Below are positions 28,860-33,777 of a stretch of 33,777 nucleotides of DNA, in pieces. Origin of the DNA: Actinomycetota bacterium (GTDB lineage Bacteria > Actinomycetota > Actinomycetes > Nanopelagicales > Nanopelagicaceae); NCBI GenBank assembly GCA_009698515.1, contig WLQA01000001.1, positions 1-33,777 on the forward strand. Direction: 5' to 3'. Numbering within the stretch: position 1 is the stretch's first letter; each line of letters opens with the position of its first letter. The notes under the pieces are model-generated. The model had not been told where the DNA came from, searched no databases, and was given only the letters and a program-made list of their open reading frames with translations. The position numbers and the translations under genes were made by a program.

Positions 28860-29912
28860 CTGAAACTTCCAGATTTTCCCTGGGATTCACTTGCACCATA
28901 TGGTGAGAAGGCTAAAAAGTTCTCTGCTGGTTTTATAGATTTATCACAAGGCACACCAGTTGATGCCACACCAAAATTTATTCAAGATGCATTTACAAAG
29001 GCTGCTAACTCTCCAAGTTATCCATTAACTGCGGGAACTGCTGAGTTACGAGAAGTTTTAAAAAATTGGGCCAGCCAAAAACTTGGCGCAACTGGTGAGT
29101 TTGATGTGTTGCCAACTATTGGCTCAAAGGAGTTAGTTGCCTGGCTTCCCACATTTTTACAAAGTAAGAAAGTTTTATATCCAGAGATTGCCTATCCAAC
29201 TTATTTAGTCGGTAGCAAAATTTCTGGCGCCCAATCCGAAGCGGTTGGCATTGATGCCAGTAAGTGGCCTAGTGCAGATCTAGCTTGGATTAATTCACCA
29301 GCAAATCCAACTGGTCAGGTGCAAAGTGAAGAACAATTACAAGCGGTTATTTCATGGGCTCGGGCAAATGATGCCGTAGTGGCGAGTGATGAATGCTATT
29401 TAAGTTTTACTAACCAGGCGAAATCTATTTTGGCGGTGGCAAAGGGTGATAATCACAATCTATTGGCAGTGCACTCACTTTCAAAACGTTCAAATCTTGC
29501 TGGCTACCGTGCTGCATTTATTATTGGTGATACAAAATTAATTTCGCAGATTCGAGAGATTAGAAAACATGCCGGCATGATGGTGCCACTACCTGTACAA
29601 AAAGCGATGATTGCCGCCTTATCTGATGAGATTCATGTGGCAGAACAAGCCAAACGCTATAACGATCGCCGCACAATTTTGCGTACTGCGTTAGAAAAAA
29701 TTGGATTTGAAGTTAAATTTAGTGAAGCAGGTTTATATATCTGGTGCACCAAAAATGAGGATTGCTGGAAAACAGTGGATTGGTTTGCAGATCATGGAGT
29801 TCTGGTAACTCCGGGCAGCTTTTATGGCGAACTAGGCAATAAATTTGTGCGGATTGCACTAACTGCAACCGATGAAAATATTAAGCAAGTAGCAGAGCGG
29901 ATCAGTAAATGA
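28860..29912 (+). CDS. dapC: Succinyldiaminopimelate transaminase; real 5' end lies about 82 codons upstream of the ORF-track call, probable CTG start
   Basis: In-frame KLPDFPWDSLAPY...IDLSQGTPVD...YP from 28863; GSKE, NSPANPTG, SDECY, PLP lysine SLSKRSNLAGYR; fdxA-dapC synteny. Confidence 0.92.
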   Translation: MKLPDFPWDSLAPYGEKAKKFSAGFIDLSQGTPVDATPKFIQDAFTKAANSPSYPLTAGTAELREVLKNWASQKLGATGEFDVLPTIGSKELVAWLPTFLQSKKVLYPEIAYPTYLVGSKISGAQSEAVGIDASKWPSADLAWINSPANPTGQVQSEEQLQAVISWARANDAVVASDECYLSFTNQAKSILAVAKGDNHNLLAVHSLSKRSNLAGYRAAFIIGDTKLISQIREIRKHAGMMVPLPVQKAMIAALSDEIHVAEQAKRYNDRRTILRTALEKIGFEVKFSEAGLYIWCTKNEDCWKTVDWFADHGVLVTPGSFYGELGNKFVRIALTATDENIKQVAERISK

Positions 29913-30880
29913 AAACATCAGCAATTTTATTAGTTGGTGGCAAGGGCACCCGATTGCAACCATTAACAAATAATTCACCGAAACCAATGTTGCCAGTTGG
30001 CGGTGTGCCATTTACCGAGCACCAGATTATTAAAGCACGTGAAGCCGGAATTTCTGAGATAGTACTTGCCACATCATATTTAGCGGAGATTTTTCAACCT
30101 TACTTTGGCGATGGCAGCAAATTTGGCATTGCAGTTAAATACGCAGTTGAAGAGGTAGCCCTAGGAACAGGCGGTGCTATTCACAACGCCGCTAAATTAT
30201 TAGCTCCGGCAGATCAAGTTGTAATTTTCAATGGCGATGTCTTAAGCGCCCATGATCTAACTAAGCAAATAAAATTTCATGAAGAAAAAGCTGCTGATGT
30301 CACCTTGTATCTAACTGAAGTTGCAGATGCCCGTGCATATGGCTCAGTTGAATTACTAGCCGGGGAGCGGGTTAAATCTTTTCTGGAAAAGATGGAGAAT
30401 CCACCAAGTAATTTAATTAATGCTGGATGTTATGTCTTTAATCGAAATGTAATTGATGAAATTGCTGAAGGCAAAGTCGTTTCAGTAGAACGCGAAACAT
30501 TCCCTCAGTTACTTGCGGCAGATAAAAAAGTATTTGGTTTTGTAGATCGCTCATATTGGTTAGATATTGGAACACCGGCTGCGTTAATTAAGGGTTCAAA
30601 AGATTTAATTACCGGCAAAGTATTTTCAGCTGCGACGCCAAAACATGCAGGTGATTCAATAATCGCCTCTGATGTAAAGGTTGGAGAAGCTTCAAAGATA
30701 AATTCCGGCAGCTTTGTGCACTCTCAAGTATTAGTTGAGGGTAATTGCGAAATATCTGGTTCAATCATTGGAAGTGGTGCAACGATTGGTGCTAACTGCA
30801 AAATTATTGATTCATTTATTGCACCAAATACAAAAATTCCAGCGGGAACGGTAGTAATTAGTAATTATTTAGGCTTCTAA
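29909..30880 (+). CDS. manC: Mannose-1-phosphate guanylyltransferase (NDP-sugar synthase)
   Basis: LVGGKGTRLQPLT..PKPML, LGTGGAI, NGD, FLEK, INAGCY, SVERETFP, WLDIGTP, hexapeptide C-terminus. Confidence 0.9.
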   Translation: MKTSAILLVGGKGTRLQPLTNNSPKPMLPVGGVPFTEHQIIKAREAGISEIVLATSYLAEIFQPYFGDGSKFGIAVKYAVEEVALGTGGAIHNAAKLLAPADQVVIFNGDVLSAHDLTKQIKFHEEKAADVTLYLTEVADARAYGSVELLAGERVKSFLEKMENPPSNLINAGCYVFNRNVIDEIAEGKVVSVERETFPQLLAADKKVFGFVDRSYWLDIGTPAALIKGSKDLITGKVFSAATPKHAGDSIIASDVKVGEASKINSGSFVHSQVLVEGNCEISGSIIGSGATIGANCKIIDSFIAPNTKIPAGTVVISNYLGF

Positions 30881-30916
30881 CCGCCCAATTAGGCTCAGAT
30901 TTAACCCCTTCTCAAC

Positions 30917-30947
30917 TTGACTTAAAGTACTTACATGCGTGTAATTC
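30917..30947 (+). promoter_or_regulatory. Putative housekeeping-sigma promoter of whiB (TTGACT-17 nt-TGTAAT), overlapped by the palindrome TTACATGCGTGTAA (30931-30944)
   Basis: Near-consensus -35 at 30917-30922; 17-nt spacer to TGTAAT at 30940-30945. Confidence 0.6.
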
Positions 30948-31019
30948 TCCTATTAGCGGGCGTCCCCAGCCCCATGGGTTCTTCGAAAAGCGAAGCATCC
31001 GAAAAGATTGAGGAGCGTT

Positions 31020-31286
31020 ATGTCAGAAGCACGCGCAGAGTTACCAGCCCTAATAGTTTCTTCAGAACAACTTTCCTGGCAAGAACGAGCCCTATGTGCT
31101 CAAACCGATCCTGAGGCATTTTTCCCAGAAAAGGGTGGCTCAACCCGTGAGGCAAAGCGTGTTTGTCTTTCATGTGATGTGCGCTCTGAATGCCTTGAAT
31201 ACGCACTAGCTCATGATGAGCGCTTTGGAATTTGGGGTGGATTATCTGAGCGTGAGCGTCGTCGCCTTAAGCGTCGTCCAGCTTAA
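31020..31286 (+). CDS. whiB: WhiB family Fe-S transcription regulator (WhiB/WhiB2-WhmD clade)
   Basis: WQERALCAQTDPEAFFPEKGGSTREAKRVC..C.V...CLEYAL..DERFGIWGGLSERERRRL; SD GAGGAG before ATG 31020. Confidence 0.96.
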   Translation: MSEARAELPALIVSSEQLSWQERALCAQTDPEAFFPEKGGSTREAKRVCLSCDVRSECLEYALAHDERFGIWGGLSERERRRLKRRPA

Positions 31287-31313
31287 ATCTCACCTAAAAA
31301 AACTTCTTACACA

Positions 31314-31333
31314 TTACTTGGATGTAATACGGT
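31314..31333 (+). promoter_or_regulatory. TTAC-TTGGAT-GTAA palindrome directly followed by a leaderless-type -10 (TACGGT)
   Basis: ATTACTTGGATGTAAT at 31313-31328; TACGGT at 31328-31333, 6 nt before ATG 31340. Confidence 0.55.
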
Positions 31334-31339
31334 GCTTCT

Positions 31340-33777
31340 ATGAGCGCTGAAATTGATGAGCAATATGTAACAGCCATCCTGGTTACTCATGATGGTGTTA
31401 CCTGGTTGAGCGAGGTTGTTGCCGCTCTCTCATCACAAAAATTTCAACCAGATCAAATAATTGCAGTTGATAATGGTTCAATTGATGGATCACAAAAATT
31501 ATTACGTAATGCTGGAATTCCAATTATTCAACAAGATCGCGAAGCTGGTTTTGGATCGGCAATTGCAGCAGCGGTTAAATCCTTACCAAAACTTGAAGTA
31601 ACAGAGCCAGGTGTTGAAAGTAATGAGTGGCTTTGGATTTTGCATGATGATTGTGCGCCAGATCGACAAGCATTAAAAAGATTATTAACTGCTGCGTTAG
31701 AGCGACCACAAGTTGGTATTGCTGGACCAAAAATTTTAGGTTGGTATGACCGCAAACATATTTTAGAAGCGGGCATAAGTATTACTGAAAATGGCACCAG
31801 ATGGACCGGGCTTGAAGAACGCGAACATGATCAGGGCCAACATGATGAGATAACAAATGTGCTTGCGGTAAGTACTGCAGGAATGTTGATTAAGCGCTCG
31901 CTCTTTGAAGAGCTTGGCGGTTTTGATCCTAGCCTTGAGTTATTTAGAGATGATATTGATTTAGGTTGGCGCGCACATATTGCAGGTTACTCAGTAATTT
32001 GTGTTGGCGAGGCGGTGTTGTATCACGCAGAAGCAGCAGCATCAGAGCGTCGCAGCGTTGACGTGAAAGATGCAGTTCTACATCGTCCCTTATTGCTTGA
32101 TCGTCGAAATGCCGCCTTTGTTTTATTAGCTAACTCAAGTCGCTGGATCTTGCCTTGGGTTGCTATTCAATTACTTTTCACCGCCTTGGGTAGATCGGTA
32201 ATTTATTTATTAGCAAAACTTCCAGGTTATGCCGCAGATGAAATTGCAGCGATAGGCCTTTTGATCTTTAAGCCGGCAGATTTAATTAAATCTCGTAGAT
32301 TTAGAAAAGAAGGAAAGTATTTAAGCGCTCGAGTAATTAAACCATTTATTCCATCGCGCAGTATTAGATATCGGTTAACGCTCGAAAGAATTACCTCATC
32401 TGTTTTCAATGCATTTAAATCTGGCAAAAATCAAGAGGAAAAAATTGTTAATCGCAGTTACTCCGACATCGGAGTTATTGATGAATCCTTTGATGAACTT
32501 GAGTATGTTCCGGTAAAGAGATTTTCTAAAATTAGATCACTGGTAAAACATCCAATGCTATTTGGAATATTAATTACCTTGGCAATCTCATTTTTATACT
32601 CACGAAATCGAATTGGCTCCCTATCAGGAGGCGCACTTCCAGTTGCGCCAGATAGCGCTATGGAATTATTAAAACGCTATGTTGATTCGTGGCACTTAGT
32701 TGGCTTGGGAAGCTCAGTAGCAGTTCCCACCTGGTTGCCACTTATTGCAATTGCATCAGCTATTACATTGGGAAATCCGCAAACTTTCCTATCATTATTT
32801 TTCTATCTGGTACCAACCATTGCATTTATTGTTTTCTATAGATCGGCTACAAGATTTGCATTAGCAAAGTACTCAGCATTTACCGCCGGTTTACTTTATG
32901 CATTTTCACCAGTGATCTTGGCAGCGATAAATCAAGGAAGAATTGGCACACTTGCAATCGCTTTAATCCTGCCATCTCTATTCACATTAATGCCAAAGGA
33001 TTTAAGAGTTGAAAAATTATCGCTGCGACGTGTAGCAGGTATCTGCCTGATTGCCGCAGTTGCAACCGCCTTCTCACCGCTCTTTGGAATTGGCTGGATC
33101 TTGTTGCACATTCTGGTATTTATTCAGCAATATGTATCTGACTCAATTAACTGGCGGACTATAAAGTGGCAGGAGATTTTACAAAATTTAGGTAAGGATC
33201 AATTTAAAAAGCGAGCCGCATTAATCTTTGCGCCGATCGCCATGAATATTCCATGGGCCTTTTCATTTGTATTGCACCCATTGCGTGGTTTATTAGAACC
33301 TGGACTTTCTGTGGGAAGTTCTGGTGCGCTGTCTATCTTGATGTTTAACCCAGGAGGAGCAACTGCGCCGGGATTAATTTTCATCGCGCCATTTACATTC
33401 TTCTTATTAATTTCCCTAATTACTAAAGATCATCGTGATTCTGCTTTATTTGGCATCGTAACAATTGCGGTAGCAGCCACACTTTCTACTTACTACGTAT
33501 CTGGAAATGGCAGCGCTGCGCAACGGATCTGGACCGGACCGCTGATTATTTTTGCCCAAACATTAGCTTTGCTATCAGCATTCTCGTTATTTGAAAAATT
33601 AATTCCGATTTTGCGAAGTACTAATATTGGATACCGTCACTTTCTCTCTGCGATTACCGCCGTAGTAACTGCAATCTCATTTGTAGTCCTACCGTTTTGG
33701 GCGGCTACCGTTGGAGCAGATTCACTTGTTAGATCAAATCAAGATCAAGTAATTCCCGCATTCATCACCGACTTGGC
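31340..33777 (+). CDS. Large GT2 glycosyltransferase fused to a multi-TM domain, 3'-truncated by the window edge (not in the ORF track)
   Basis: MSAEIDEQYVTAILVTHDG, AVDNGS, WLWILHDDCAPD, GPK, DQGQHD, LFRDDIDLGWR; same frame at the window end (VIPAFITDL); typical gene downstream of whiB. Confidence 0.9.
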   Translation, partial: MSAEIDEQYVTAILVTHDGVTWLSEVVAALSSQKFQPDQIIAVDNGSIDGSQKLLRNAGIPIIQQDREAGFGSAIAAAVKSLPKLEVTEPGVESNEWLWILHDDCAPDRQALKRLLTAALERPQVGIAGPKILGWYDRKHILEAGISITENGTRWTGLEEREHDQGQHDEITNVLAVSTAGMLIKRSLFEELGGFDPSLELFRDDIDLGWRAHIAGYSVICVGEAVLYHAEAAASERRSVDVKDAVLHRPLLLDRRNAAFVLLANSSRWILPWVAIQLLFTALGRSVIYLLAKLPGYAADEIAAIGLLIFKPADLIKSRRFRKEGKYLSARVIKPFIPSRSIRYRLTLERITSSVFNAFKSGKNQEEKIVNRSYSDIGVIDESFDELEYVPVKRFSKIRSLVKHPMLFGILITLAISFLYSRNRIGSLSGGALPVAPDSAMELLKRYVDSWHLVGLGSSVAVPTWLPLIAIASAITLGNPQTFLSLFFYLVPTIAFIVFYRSATRFALAKYSAFTAGLLYAFSPVILAAINQGRIGTLAIALILPSLFTLMPKDLRVEKLSLRRVAGICLIAAVATAFSPLFGIGWILLHILVFIQQYVSDSINWRTIKWQEILQNLGKDQFKKRAALIFAPIAMNIPWAFSFVLHPLRGLLEPGLSVGSSGALSILMFNPGGATAPGLIFIAPFTFFLLISLITKDHRDSALFGIVTIAVAATLSTYYVSGNGSAAQRIWTGPLIIFAQTLALLSAFSLFEKLIPILRSTNIGYRHFLSAITAVVTAISFVVLPFWAATVGADSLVRSNQDQVIPAFITDL

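Noticed and set aside
29106-29912. ORF-track start for dapC, which would imply a truncated gene or pseudogene
   Set aside because: The frame is open and DapC-like for 82 more codons upstream.
1-33777. CRISPR arrays, tRNA/rRNA, IS elements, prophage or defence genes
   Set aside because: None seen; no intergenic gap exceeds about 140 bp and nearly all ORFs match housekeeping families.

Overview
A gene-dense, AT-rich chromosomal segment from a streamlined actinobacterium. Mycothiol mshB, whiB, DUF3117/DUF3107, an actinobacterial-type dapD and very short or overlapping intergenic spaces suggest the freshwater acI lineage (Ca. Nanopelagicales); this taxonomy is inferred. About 40 CDS are present: nucleoside uptake and salvage (ABC permeases, cdd, deoA, add, PNP, phosphomutase), cell-envelope genes (ugd, LCP, GT2s, manC), lysine biosynthesis (dapD, dapC), a pepA/O-methyltransferase/htrA/tatB/mrp block, a DMT-PHP-MpaB-ParA-like operon, TetR, mshB, cysS, fdxA and whiB. 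I saw no rRNA, tRNA, CRISPR, IS or prophage and no clear-cut novel multi-gene system. The best leads are: (1) dapC has no canonical start and follows the fdxA TAG in frame (CTG initiation or readthrough); (2) a TTAC-N6-GTAA palindrome recurs in three nearby promoter regions; (3) several intact but degenerate or single-domain proteins (PurK-like, ParA-like, sigma region 4 only, GNAT N-terminal domain only); (4) an apparently circularly permuted 17-kb block sits inside the cell-envelope/whiB locus; (5) a pervasive leaderless promoter signature.
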